A stretch of DNA of 64,000 nucleotides from Octopus sinensis (GCF_006345805.1 NC_042998.1:88474001-88538000), one strand, 5' to 3'; shown: positions 37,547-53,088, numbered from the stretch's first letter. Translations and numbers: made by a program. Notes: generated by a model not told the origin, from the sequence alone.

Positions 37547-40500
37547 CACCTCCCCAGAGTTTCAAGGTGTTAGTGCAAGATTTCTCTCTTCCTTCATTAA
37601 GAATCTGTTTGTTAACAATGTTTCATAATTCTTCCTCCTTGAGTATTTCCTTTGCAAACAAATACTCTCTAAGAACCTTACATTTCAGACATTCATCGTT
37701 TTTCCATAGCCTTTCCTCACATGTAATCCAGCCATTAACTGTTTCTCGTTATGCAAGTATTTCATGACATGCTTTGTTGATGCAATTTTGTTTGGACATT
37801 GTTATTGATAGATTTTAGTGTTGATGATGGGGTTGATGATAATGATAATAATGATGGTAGGGGATAACTGCACTCATAATTGCAATGGTAATAGCAAAAG
37901 CAATGAAGGTGATAATCTTGGTAGTATCCTGTTGTTGTTGTTGTTGTTGTTGTTTATGGCATTGGTGGTGGTGGTGGTGGCAGCGGCAGCAGCAGTAGCA
38001 GCAGCGGTGGTGGCAGTGATGGTGATGGTGGTGGTGGTGGTGGTGGTGGTGGTGGAGGAGAAAGTAATGGCAGTTGCAATGAAGCTAGTAGGTGGAAAAT
38101 GCTGGTGGAGACGGGGTTTATGCAGATAGCAGTGGTGGTGGTGGTGGTGGTAGATTGATTGATTGATTTAGAAGCGGGTTGTCATGGTGATAGCTAGGTT
38201 AATGATAATAGCAGTAGTTGGGTCTATTGTCATAAAAGATAGCAGTTGGGGAGGTTGGTGTGGGTGTTGCTAATATCTGTTGCAGTATTGGTGGTTAAGG
38301 TGGAAATGGTTACGTTGAAGGTGCAAGAAATGGTAATGGTGGTGGTGGTGGTGGTGGTGTTGGTGGTAGTGGTGGTGGTGGTGCTGGTAGCTGTGTTAGT
38401 GATGGATGATGGTAATTGTTGTTGTCATCGTGGTAAGAATGAACAAGTATATTAAATTTTAATTTTGGTCTTAATTTTATTAGCAATTGAATTTTATACT
38501 GTTTTCTGTAACATCTCCCAAATAAATTCATCTCTTTGCCAGGTTGTTATACGATACTTCGAGCCAACTACATTGACTTGCTTGCTCGTGCCATGGTTTC
38601 GTGAAGTCGGCTTTACCATTGTTTATGGTGTGCTTTTACTCAAAATGTACAGGTAACAGTATTTCTTACACCTTGCTTTTTATTATTAGGAGTCTAAATG
38701 CAGCAGCCATGTCAAGAATCAGTGATTGTTGCAACACATATGATACAGACAAACACATGCTCACTCACTTATGCACATATAAAAAGAGTAAAGACCCCTT
38801 TCAGTTGCAAATGATAATGGGATTGTACCTAGAAAGATGTCCTCCAAGGCACAAGTCCAGGCAAAATTGTTTATGGCAGACCAGCAGTTGCCCATACATA
38901 TCAGCCTCCCCTCTCCATGCCACTGATGTTATCCAAGGGAAAGGCAAACACTGATACATCTTGGCACCAGTGATGTCACAACTCATTTGTACAGCTGAGT
39001 AAACTGGAGCAACGTGAAATAAAGTGCTTTGTTTAAGAAGACAACACACAGCCTGCTTTAACAATTAAAACTCTCTATCTCTTGCTTGTGAGTCCAACAC
39101 TCTAACCACTCAGCCATGTACCTTCACAAGGTACTATTTTTTAATGTGACATGCCATCATCACCAAAACAATATACAAAGCCATCCAAAAACAAATTCTC
39201 TTGAAATAAGTATACAGATACCCCTCCACCTGCTTTGAATACATTCTTAAACATGAACAGAAGGAATATTAGTGGAACATTCCTATCAAAACGTCTACCA
39301 AGTGCATGCAAAACAGGCTGGAAATAGTTGTTCGGAAAAGACAAGAAAATGTATGAACCATCATAGAAATCAGCTGCTCTGTTGATGTAAATTTCTCTTT
39401 GGAAATCAAGGAGAAAGAAGGTAAATATGGGCAACAACTTCAAAACACCCTGCTTTTATATCCATATTATAAGTTCATATTTATACAGATAGTAATTGGT
39501 GCATTTAGTTTTGTGAGTATATGCCTAAGAGGCAATCTGGGAAAGCAGAAGTTTCCAGACAAAGAAACCAACCAATTAACACGCACATTACAAATACAAA
39601 CTGTAAGCAAAACAATAAAAATATGCAAGACTTTTCTCAAGTTCAAATGTGACATCGTTTTGGTTATCTACTTTCCCACAATGCTCCTCTGTATCTTCGT
39701 TAGAAACCAGCTTCTTCATAACAGGAGGTCTTCAAATAATTAAAAATAGAAAAGAACGTACATACATGTGCCAGCATGACTGTGTGATTAAAAATGTTTG
39801 GTTCACAATCATAGAGTTTTGGATTTCTGAACATGTGTCTTCTATTATTGCTCCCTCTGGACCAAGGCCTTGTGTGGATTTGGCTGACACAAAGCAAGAG
39901 AAACCTATCATGCATAAGTGTGTGTGTGTGTATGTGTGTGGTGTGTGTGTGCGTGCGTGCATGTGTGCGAGTGTGTGTGCATGTGAGTGTTCTCTGAAAA
40001 TCACTGAGTTACAAGTGGTGACGTTGTTGTCATTTCCCTAGCCAACAAATAACCTGCTGGTTTTGTGCTTTTGAAGATATAGTAAAGAACAGAATATCAG
40101 GTAAGCTTTAGCCACAGGAAGGACATCTGGGTGTAAAACAATACCACAATAATATCTTTATCTAACCCATACTAGCATGGAAAAATGAATGTAATAGCAA
40201 ATAACACACACATATATATATATATCATAATATATATGGTATATAATATATTTATATATATAATATATGTGTGTGTGTGTGTGTGTGTCTGTATATATAT
40301 ATATATGTATGTATGTATGTATGTATGATTGTATGTATGTATGTGCGTGTGTATATATATACATATCATCATCATCATCATCATCATTTAACGTCCTCCT
40401 TCCATGTTGGCATGAGTTGGGCAGTTTGACAGGAACTGGCTAGGCAGGAGCCTGTGCCATACCTCTGTGTCTGTTTTAGCATGGTTTTTGTGTGTGCGCA

Positions 40501-43500
40501 TGTTTTTACATCCATTTTTCCATGCTATGAAGCATTGTATTAAATATATATAAAAATTATATATATATATATTATATATATATATATATATAACATTCAT
40601 ACATGTTGCATATATAAACATGATTATATATGTGTATGCATGTGTGTATATGTATGTATGCACGTGCACACACACAAACATATATGAATATATATGCTGG
40701 TCAGTGATTTACATAATTGCTATTGGTTATCTATTGTTATATCAGCAGTTCTGTCAATAATGCAGAGACACCATCACCATGAAAACAACACTGAAATCAG
40801 TGTTAACATATTGTATGAAGTTTTCTTAATAGTTCCATGTAATTCTATGATTAAAAAAAACACAAATGTAATTCTGGGTATACTCTTGAATAATGTGGTA
40901 ATGTTTTATTTTTCCTATAATTCCATGTAATTTCATGTGATATAAAACATAGAATTGTGGTTATACTTCTGTATAATGTGGTGAGGTTTTCTCAAAAGAC
41001 TTATGTAATTTTATGATAAAAAATCAAATAGAATTCTAGTTATACTCTTGTCGAATATCAGTATGATTTTTTCTTGTCTCTATAGTTCCATTGTAATTTC
41101 ATATGATATAAAACACATGTTATATCAAAAGATCTCTCTTAAATTATTCATGCTTTTGTTCATTTCAGACTATTGGCAGATTTTCAATCTCGCAAAGCAC
41201 ACCGTGTCCATGTGCAAGACAAAGACTTGTTGAAATATCTCTTGCTCATGGTGATTGTCGTGCTTGGTTATATGGCTGCTTGGACAGCGGTCAATCTGGA
41301 TCATGTCAATGACAATGTCCCACTAGTTACTTCTGGAGTGACAGTCCCTGCTGGCCTCAAATATTTTGTCTGCAGAGCACATTGGTGGGATTATGTCATT
41401 GAAATACGTGAGTAAAACAATTTAGTAAAGAGAAACAATGCTGTTGTTTGTATATTGTTTATATTTTATTCTTGCTTGTCACATTAATATAAGTTGTACT
41501 GCTGCTGGTCTGGTCAATAGAGAGCTAGCTAACAAATTTAAAGGCCAGTGGTGTGGATCCATTCACCTATTCTGAGTTTTATCCAAGGCTAAAATATTTA
41601 TATGCAGATGGTGGTTTTTGGTAAGAATGTTATCCAACCATAGAAAATAGCTTCAATATAAAAACACTCAAACATTTCCAAAAGTCTGTTGTACATTGGT
41701 TAAACACAGTAAAAGCAAGAGGCTTCTTATACAGTTACTCAGCCTGCTAGAACTAGCAGTAAAATTCCCTTAAACCACATCCTATTATGTTAAAACAGGA
41801 AAAATACATTGGATAATATAATTCTGGATATACACAAAAATGGGGTAGTCAAGGTTGGAATGCCTTTCATTATAGGTCAGTCAGGATGGACCTGGATTTG
41901 AGCAGCAATTAAAGTAGTAAAGTTAAAAGTCCTACGATCAAAGAGTAGGGAATATCTACATCCTTCTCTGGTCCTTATTACAGATGAAATAGAGGAAGAA
42001 CAAAAACAAGGTTAACACACTTAGAAATTGGATTAAAATTTCCCTTCTATATTGACTAAATTGGGTGAGAATGTGCAAGAAGAGAGATTCAGGGAGAACT
42101 TCAAATGAGGAAAGAGGATTGTCTAGATCAGTGTAGTAAAGTAAGAAAGGCAATAGGAAGAGAGATGAGTACAGGGAGTAGGTTTAGGTGGAAAGTGATG
42201 ATACCATAAGCATCATTGCTCAAGTCAACAGTATAATCACTACAGTATATAGTATAACAACATTGTATACAGGGGTTTCTAACTGTAGTTTCATTATGCC
42301 CAAGGATAGGAATGATAAATTCCTTTTTCTTTGCAGGCTGGATGGAGCATAACTTAGATCCTCCCTTGACCACAAGTGGCCTGAACTCTTTACATGAACA
42401 CCACCCTGTACATAACTCCATGTCCCCCTACATGGCCTTGCTTTTTGCTTTTTGAGCCAAAATTAACTAACTAACTAACTAAATAGGGACAATTATTCTT
42501 AAGAATCCTATTCATAACACAGGCCAAAGTAAATCAATAAAGGAGTTAATATACATTGTAACAACTTTATTAACAATGAAAAAAAAAGAAAGAATATGTG
42601 GTATTAGCAAAGTTTGTACATTGGAAAATTCTTTGACATGGTATATATAGTCCCATTAAATAAGAGTCTTTAGAATGACAATAGAGATAAAAATTGTTCA
42701 AATAAATGTATGCAATCCTTAAGAAGACCAGTGCTTTACAGAAAGCTTGCACTGTTTTAGCTATAAAATCTTTCAATTTTAAACATGAGCTGAAGTTTTA
42801 AAAAAAAGCCATTCAGCTTAATGTGTATATACAAAGTGAGGGGGAAATAGATCATTTCTGTTAGTATGTGGATTCATATACTTCTTTTTCACTGGTTAAG
42901 ATAACAAAAGATTCTCCTAGCTGTATTGATTTTACTAACTGGAACCAACGTTAAACACACCTTTAGTTGACCTCCAACTCTAAGTGCATACTAGTAATAT
43001 ATATTTTATTGAATATTTTAAAATCAAAACCAATAATAATTTTTTTTATATAAAATTGAGCCAAGAACCAGACTAAACATTGCTGCATCTGAACTGCAGA
43101 TCATATGCTTGACATCCCTACCCTCAGGAATCATGATATCCTAGGGTGTCACATACAGTATATAGGGTGTCACAAGATTTTAAAATTTGAATTTATTATT
43201 ATGCAATATTCAGGGTTTGTGGGCTGGCAGAACCATTAGAGTACTAGTGAATATACCTAGCAGTATTTGTTTCAGCTCTTTAAATTCTGAATTCAAATAC
43301 CACTCAGGTCATCTTTGCCCTTCATCCTTCCTGAAGCACCAGTCAAGTACTGGAGTTGATATAATTCCCTAACTTCCCTGGTGAAGAAAAGCAGGGAAGA
43401 TAATCCAAGAATCAACAACATTGTATCACTGGTGCTAATTTATCAAACTTGTGAGGATTGAAAAGCAAAGATGATCATGGCAATATCTGAATTCAAAGCA

Positions 43501-45029
43501 GTTAGGTACTAAATCAGAAGCAGTAAAAGTTGGAAGATAATCTATTGTCTCAGTGTTCTTGTTATCACTGTTGCTGTTGTTATTGTCATCATCATCGTTG
43601 TCATTGTCATTGTTGTCATTATTGTAGTTGTTTAGCTCCAAACCAGTTCTGATCAAGAAGATCAATAATTAAAGTGTTCCCTGATGCAGACATCCCATTT
43701 TGTCAAAGGTACCTAGGATTACATTATTTAATGCCCTACAAGCTAGTAACATGTAATTTAAGGAGTATTTGGTTGTTATTTATAGCAAATTGAATGATTT
43801 CATAGGGGCTTCATTATTGTCTTGTAACCACAATGTTAGTTAAAACAATCCCATGTAAAACTGGCAAAATGCCCAAACCAGACATGAAATGAGGGCTTAC
43901 TTCAAAAGCCCAGGTCTGATATGAAAAGTTGGTTCCATTTCAAACTGCTCATCAAATATTTCAGTAATCAATTCAAGCTGCACATAATTTGTGCATGAGT
44001 TACAAGTATATACATGTACATATAGTATACATGACTGGCAAACTCATTTGGTATGCTTCACTGGGGATGCATTTATAGAATCAATTTGCTCCTGACTGAT
44101 CTGAAAATGGCAAATGAAGAGACACAAATTTGCAACATATGGATCTATGCAAATGGTTTGACGAATGTGACACTCAGAGTAATGGTAGAGTGAAATGTTA
44201 CCTTTAATTAGTAAATGAACATCCCAGTGCTGCAGCAAGCATTGTGTAGATTCTATATTTTGTACTTATGATGCAACCCAATGCATAAACATGAATAAAT
44301 AAATAATGTGATGGATGATGTAATATAAGTAATGTAACCTAAAACAGTCAACAATATTTGCTAAATCACTTGCTGAGCAGAGTAGTACAGTAGATGCATG
44401 TTGGACCTGTAACCTAGAGGTCCATAGATCTAAAACTACATACTTTGAAGAAATTAATACAATTTTTTTATATTTATACATCACAACTGAATTGTCCTCA
44501 AATATTGATATCAAATTTTATCCCAAGGCCAGCAATTTTGGGGAAGTGGGTAAATCAGTTACATCGACTCCAGTGCTCAATTGGCACTTATTTTATCAAC
44601 CCTAAAAAGACATAAAGGAAAGTTAACCTTAGTGGAATTTGAACATAATGATGGATGAAATGTCACTAACCATACTAATTATTCTGTCAGCTCACCACCT
44701 TTAGTTGTCTAGAAATATACTAATCATATATATATATATATATATATAGGAAAAATCAACAAGAATGGATCAATATATCGGTACAATTATTTCATACGAG
44801 GACATCTTTAATAAAGCTACAAAAATTGCAGTAAATATAGGTGGCTCGTACTCTGCCTAAACCGTATATATATATATATATTTCTCTCCTTGTTTTTTCT
44901 GTGTCCCTTTCTGCAGAAGAGCGTAGGCTCGAAACGTAAAAGATTTTTTCTATTCCTGAGCGTTATACTAATATATCTGTTTATTTTGTACACCACCTGT
45001 CTTCGTCTTTTGTTTTTTTCATAAACTCT

Positions 45030-45076
<47 letters not shown>

Positions 45077-47222
45077 CAGGAGTAGATACAAATTGTATTA
45101 TGGAATGAAAATTTATACAGAGTCATGGGTCAGTTGGTGACTGGGGTACACCAAAAACCAAGTAGTATAGTGGGCAGAGAAGAAAATAAGAGGAATTTTC
45201 AATTAGTATAAAGGATACTAACAAGTAACCAAACAATAAAAGAACTAGAACAGCTTAAGAAAATGATCATTCTTTACCAAAGGCCCCTTCAGTTGCCTTT
45301 AACCAGAAGAAGAAGCTTCCCTCAAAGTCATAACATTTCCTTCCCCAACTCTTTGCATTGATCTGCAATTATTTCAGCGTGAAATTGTGATGGGATTAAG
45401 ATACTGGACAGCTGCCCAAGAGACCAAGCTGGCCCTTATGACATTAGCTCACTTTAAGACTGTCAGATGTAGAGACCACAAGATATGATTTAAGTGTGTG
45501 GAACTTCTACTTGGTTTCTGTAACACCTCTCAGTTGCATTGTTGCATCTTAGCAAGAAAAATACATGTTTACTATAACAGCACATAAAAATGAAGCTTAG
45601 CTTTGAGTAACTAACCGATGTTCTTAACAGAAATGTGACACAAATAAATCCAAAGGCCCAGTTTTCAACAACTCAGTAACATAATAGTACTAATGATAAG
45701 ATTCTGTTTCTATATGGTTAATTTTTTTTCTGATTTTAAATATAATAAACTGTTTATTGAGCATGTGACTGGCTCAGGTATGGTTGTGTGTTAAGAAATT
45801 TGCTTCCTAACTGCATCGATTCATGTTCATTCCCACTGCATGACACTTTGGACAAGTATTTTCGATAGTCTCAGGAGAGCTAGTCTTATGATTTGGTAGA
45901 CAGGCACTAAAAGAAGCCCATCATATATATATATATATATGCACATGAGGGGAGGGGTGTTTATGTTTCCTTGTTTTGACATCACATGATTGTTTTAAGC
46001 AAGTACCACCATCATTCATGTGGTGGCCTTCATTTTAAATATTCTCTGAAAGCATGCCTGACCAAAGGAAAAGGTAAGGGTTGGTGACAGGAAGGACAAC
46101 CAAATGTAGAATATCAGCCTCAACAAATTCTTTCTGACTCATGCGAGCATGGAAAAGAGGACGATAAAACAATGATGATGATACTTTATAAAAACAATAT
46201 TCTTGATTATATAAAAAGTGAATTGGCAGAATCATTGGAATGAAAAACAAAATACCCTGGCTTTCTGCACTCTGAGTTCAAATTCTGATGAAGTCAACTT
46301 TGAATTTCATCCTTTTAGGGGAGATAAAATAAGTACTAGTCCTGGTTAATGTGGTAGAATTTTTAGAGCATCAAAGAAGATACCATGTAGTATTTATTCT
46401 GTAGAAAAGGTGTAGATAGAAACTCCATAAGATGTACCCAGTGTAAGCTGTGAACACACAAGAGGTGCAGCAATATGAAGGCAGCGAGCTGGTAGAAATG
46501 TTAGCACGCTGGGTGAAATGCATAGCTGTATTTCGTCTGCCATTACATTCTGAGTTCAAATTCCGCCGAGGTTGACTTTGCCTTTCATCCTTTCAGGGTC
46601 AATAAATTAAGTACCAGTTACACACTAGGGTCGATGTAATCGACTTAATCCATTTGTCTGTCCTTGTTTGGCCCCTCTGTGTTTAGCCTCTTGTGGGTAG
46701 TAAAGAAATAAGAGGTGCAGCAATATCAAAGGGAGGCTAACTAGGAAGATAGTTTTTGTATGTGGCAAATGCTCAGGTGCTATAAACACAGAAAATGTGC
46801 TGTGAACAGCTTCTGTCACATTCCAGAGAGAAAAACTAGAAGTAGTTGATAGCTTCCATTACCTAGGGGACCAGTCAGTAGTGGCAGTGGATGCTCTGAA
46901 AGTGTAGCTGCTAGGATAAGAATAGCCAGGGTAAAGTTCAGAGAGCTTCTGCTGGTGACAAAGTATCTCTCACACAGAGTAAAAGGTAGACTGTATGATG
47001 CATGTGTCATATATAGGTCAGAGGGAATTTTTTGAAGCAGAATTTTAAGGGACAGATTCCCTTCCTGTTACCAGTCCTCACCTGTTTCCAAGCAAGGTAA
47101 TATTTTCCCATGGCAAGACATGATTTTACTGGAAGACTGGAAATGAACTACCTCTCTTGCATGACAACAATGCTCATTTACAATCATCACATAATGTCAA
47201 GACAAAGCTACACATGAACATT

Positions 47223-47289
<67 letters not shown>

Positions 47290-50200
47290 ACAAACACACG
47301 TGTGTATGTGTGTGTGATGTAAGTAGATAGATAGATAGATAGATAGGCAGACAATACATACATGACAGATGTCTTTCAGTTTTCTTCAACTAATATCATT
47401 GATAAGGCTTTGAGCAACCCAGGGCTATAGTAGAAGACATTTACCCAAAGTGCTATGCAATAAGACTAAATCTACTTGTATACCATAATTCTCTAGTCAT
47501 AATTCAACATTGTTAGACAGTTATTAATATTGGTCATATCTATTGGCATTATATTACCTTGTTATAAGGCGGCGAGCTGGCAGAAACGCTAGCACACCGG
47601 GCAAAATGCGTAGCCATATTTCGTCTGCCGTTATGCTCTGAGTTCAAATTCCGTCGAGGTCGACTTTGCCTTTCATCCTTTCAGGGTCGATAAATTAAGT
47701 ACCAGTTACGCTCTGAGGTCGATGCAATCGACTTAATCCGTTTGTCTGTCCTTGTTTTCCTGTCTGTGTTTAGCCCCTTGTGGGTAGTAAAGAAATAGGT
47801 ATTTTATCTGTCTTCACATTCTGAGTTCAAATTTCGCCATGGTGGACTTTGTCTTTCATCCTTTCAGGGTTCATAAATTAAGTATCAATTGAGAACTGGG
47901 GTTGATGTAATCGACTATCCCCCTACCCAAAATTTCAGGTCTTCTGCCTATAGTAGAAAGGATTGTGTCACCCAGATAGACAAGACAAAGCCACAAAACT
48001 GTTTACTTCAATTTGCTTCACTAAAGTTACCACTAGTAATGAATAACTGAGTAGTTGAAAGCTAAAAGAAGCATTCAACTGCAAAACTAAATGTGTCAAC
48101 GAAAGCTACCTAACCATATTAACATGTTAATATGACACAAAACAAAAGCTAAGCAAAAAAAAAACAAGATTAATTGATTAAATCCATTACCACATATAAT
48201 TAAACTCATTAGCAGAAATGTTTGCTGTTTATTACAAATGTTCTTGTGATTTTTCTGTAACATCCTGTTAAATTAAATAACTAATGGGGTTTTTTTAATT
48301 TCCAATTTTTTTGTTTTTTCAGTTGAAGTTTTATTCCTAATTTTTGGGATTTACTTATGCTACTGTGTTCGTTCAGCTCCATCAGATTACGGAGAGGGTC
48401 GTTACATTACAATAGCGATCTGCAATGAAACCCTCATCTCTACAGTCCTCTATTTTGCAAGGTGAGTGAGTTTACCTAATAAAAATTGTGATGATTTATT
48501 AAAAGAGAATTAATTAAAATTTGGATGTTTTTATGTGGAAAAATTAGCCATTAAAATAAGATACAAAACATTACCAACACCATAAAGCAAAAATGTAAGT
48601 CTTTGAAAGCCAAGATATTTGAACTTTTGACACCATTTCAGTTCTTGTTTCAAACCATTATATCTGCTCTATTATTTTACTAGCATCCTTGGAAAAGGCC
48701 TATATGTTACATTTCCTCATTTCTCCCTTTTTCTGAAATACAAGACATTTGTACCTAGATAAAGAGGTATTTATTGTCATGGTAGTAGTAGGATTCAACC
48801 CGCCCTGGGTGAATGCCGTCACAAGTACAAGTAAGATAAAAAGGTTTAGAAATACACTAACAGTGGAGTGATAAAAGTATTAAACTTCCTGTCAAAAAAT
48901 TTATATTCCCTACAACCATTTCACTAAGTTTTACTTTGAATCACTGTTCACTGTGGTGGTGGGGTCGTAGCTTGTTTTGGTTTCAGTTTTAGTTTTTTCA
49001 AGGTTTTTTTTTAACAACTCAATTGTGACCACCATTGGTTCTATGATATAAACTATCTGTTTTAAAGTAGTCTAAATAAAAATTTCCAATCGAAATTTCT
49101 TGTTAATTTGTTCCAGTAGATCAATTTAATAATGACAAAGCTATTTTATTAAACACTTCATCATTTAAAAAATTAATTGAAACAAAGATAGTGTATTTAT
49201 AGAGTACAGTTTCCATCAACAGTGCTGCACTCCTGTTCTACATTTTGAAATTTGTGATGGTCATGTCTATTTCAGAAAGTTGTAATTTCAGTACATTCAT
49301 GAAATTTATTTCAGTGTAATTATAATCTAAGATTTATTTTAAATATTTATCTAAAGCAGTATATTTAGTATTTTTTTTAAGTCTCAGGAAATTTTGATAA
49401 ATTTTTCCAAAGAAATTGAATAATTATGGTTCTTTGAATGTCAGACTGTTCTTGTCTAGAATGATTTGGAGCTCTGACGGTATGCATTCCAGTGTGAATA
49501 TTTGATCCTTCCTGCAAGTTAGAATTTGATGACAGACACTTAAGAGGTTACCATATGTATATAGAAGTATAGAGTTCCCATCAGAATTCCCAAAGAGCAG
49601 AAAGGCTGTAGTTCTTAAAGGCATTAATATAGCACAATTTTGGAATGAAAAGTTTTCTGTAATATTTTTCAGTATATTGATAAAGCCTAGGTTTGTTTGA
49701 GACCAACATTGCTCAGGAAAGTAATTTCCTGATTAACTCCATGGTTAGGATTCTTTAACATCAAATTCTGCCAGTATGCTGTTTACAAATTGTTGACAAC
49801 ATCTGGGTGTGGTTAGAGAGGATAAATTCACTAGTATATCAACCTGATCAGAGTAACAGCTCTTCTGGGAATTTTATATGAAATATATTAGAATTCTATC
49901 AAAGGGGAGATTTTACTGACATATTTGTGCTGCTTTTGCTAATATGTGACCACATGAGAAACAGAGAACAAAAAGAAAGTGAAAAAGAGAGATAGAGAGA
50001 GATAGGAGTTGATTTAATTTCTTAAAATATTCAAATGAATAAATCAACCATTCAAATGCACATTAGGTTAATAGATGTACAGTGCCTTACTCATATTTCT
50101 ATGACTTTTATTCATAATATATTTAACAAATCTTTTAAAAGATAAATTAAAGTGAAGATGACAAAGTCACTATATGATATATAACCATGTGAAACATCAT

Positions 50201-52396
50201 TAGATTATATCATACCATCAATACAGACTTGTGTCCAGGTTCAAGATATTTAACATCCAAATGACCAAGTCTAATCTTATAAACAGGGACTACAGGGTAG
50301 ACAAGCTCAGGTCTAGTTGAAGGAACATTGCTCATAATCATTGGCTCTCCAATGCCAGTGAGCTTGATGCCATTGATGTACCATTTAAACTACTGCAACT
50401 CAATACCAGCAGGAAAGAAGACATGAGCAGGGAGAAGACTCCAAATGGCCAATATTCTGGGGAGAAGGACTGGGAATAGTGGTCAGTGCAGGGTCAAAGG
50501 GTTTGGATACAGCATGAGGGATGAGAAGTGGAAAGACAAGTGAGTCAGAGATGCCTGTATGGTGGAGATATAAGACTAGTCTACTCTGAGGAATGGAGGC
50601 TGTTATAGAAACAATAGCAGAGCTAGAGAGAGGAGATACTGTGACTGTGGCCAGAAGTTGGAGCTAATCCATTATTGATTGAATATCAATATTTGAGTAG
50701 CTCAGGATAGCAACCTGGCAGAATTGTTAGTATGCCAGGCAAAATGCTTAGTAGCATTTTGTCCATCTTTATGTTCAGAGTTCAAATTCTGCCAAGGTCA
50801 ATTTTGCCTTTCAGTGTCAATAAAATAAGTACTAGTTGAGCCTTAGAGTCGATATAATCGACTTACCTAGACTAATCTGAAATTGCTGGCCCTGTAAAAA
50901 GGTTCTTAGGTAAAAAATGGTTGAGAACCAATGATATATTGCATATAATGTATATAACAAAGCTGGTTGACAATACCCATCCTTCTCCAAGCTATATCCA
51001 TTAGAATTATTGGCTATTTTCTCCATCCTGTCACTATTTATAGAGGTCCACAATGGAGTGCTGCTCCTACATGTAATCTTCAGTGATATCTCTTCAACAC
51101 AAAAATAATTGCTATTACAAATGCTAGATATAAGTAAAAAGTAAAATAATCCAACAATTTTTGAAAAATAGTAATTATTGAAACAAAGGTAATGTATTTC
51201 AAGTACAATATTATAAGAAAATGGTTAAGTCATCATGGAGTATAGTTCCACATTGATAGTGCCACACTCCTGCTTATGTCTTTGTGTCTGGCATGATGGT
51301 CATGTCTATTTTTGGAAGTTGTTTCAATATATTAATGAAATCTGTTTCCCTGTAACTTTAATCCAAGATTTATCTGAAATATATATCTGAAGTAGTGAAT
51401 TTAGTATTTTTAAAAATAGCCTTTTTATCCTTTTTTGTTTGTTTCTTCTAATGTCAGACTGTTCTGCTCTAGAGACCTGATGCATGTGTGAAAAGAATGA
51501 TATTTGGAGCTTCTTAGAGCGTTGTGTGCAAGGAATCCAAAAATATTTGAAAATTTAATTATTATTGTATATCATTTGAATTCCAACAGGAAATTTGATA
51601 AGAGCAGAAGACTGAATGGTTTCTGACATTATACAAAAATTCTTTTCCTCATCCTTATTGCTTTTACATCTGCTTTTTCTATGTTAGCATGGAGTGGATG
51701 AGAATTCTTAAGGAAGTATTTATTTTAGGAACAAAGGCCCCTTCTGCTAGCAGTGTTTCCTCCTCCTCAGATAAAGTATTTTATCCCACTGGTTTTTACA
51801 CTCTAAACTGCCAAGCTGCAGTACATATTGTCTACTTGAAACATAAATGTCACAGCTGCTATGAAAGCCATATAGACATAAGCACACACATGCACATGCA
51901 CATACACACACACATATACACACACACATACACACACACACACACACATGCTGGCATACATGATATATACATATATGTATATGTGTGCACAAGCTTGTGA
52001 TTATGTACATATCTGTGTGTATGTGTATGTGTGTTTGCATGTGTGTGCATTTTGTAGGCTTCTGTATAGTTTCTGTCAACCAAATTTCACTCACAATTCA
52101 TTGGTCAACCAAACCTACAGTAGATAATCCTTGCCCAAGGTGCCATGATATAGGGTGAAACCAAAAGCTATTTCATTTATATTTTATCATTTACTTGTTA
52201 CAGTCATTACACTGCAGCCATGCTGGGGCACTGCAGCCATGCTGAGGCACTGCCTTGAAGAACTTTTAGCTGAATGAATCGGCCGCAGTACTTATTTTTT
52301 TAAAGCCTGATACTTATTCTGTCAGTCTTTTTTGCATGTGTGTGTGTGTGTGCATGTGTGTGTGTCTGTGTCTGCGTGTGTGTCTGTGTGTCTGTA

Positions 52397-52433
<37 letters not shown>

Positions 52434-53017
52434 ATTGATAATAAGGAGAATAACGAATTTGAACATTCAAAATTTGTTTATTTCTAGTTAGTTTATTCAT
52501 AATAATTGTCCAACATGTGTTTCAATTGCACTAACTACATACTGTTGCATATTTATATGCAGCAATTTATGCATTAGTATGATCTCTTCAGGGTGTATTA
52601 GTATGACTTTGCTCACAGAGGTATTTTTCTCCACTACTAGTTTGAATTAGGCTCAGCAGAGGAAAATTCCTCTTCGAACAATGTCATACTTATATACCCT
52701 GAAGAGATTGTACTAATAATGCATAAATTGCTACATTTAGATATGCAACTACATGCAGTTAATGCAGTCAAAACACGTGTCAGACAATTATTATGAATAA
52801 ACTAACTAGAAATAAACATAAAGTTTGAATGTTCAAATTCTTCATTCCCCTTATTATCAATATTCTACTTTAGACTCTAAGTAGTCATGAAATAAACTGT
52901 AACATCAGACAGGAGCTAAAGGAAGTTTACCAAAAAATGCACCATCTGACAGAACCAGCCCTGGCATTTTACTCAGAGAAATTTGGTATCTGCCTGGATA
53001 TTATATGTCTCCTCTTA

Positions 53018-53088
<71 letters not shown>

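Noticed and set aside
41950-42430. Purine-rich stretch with short ORFs, possibly a TE remnant
   Set aside because: No diagnostic transposase or RT motif could be read with confidence.
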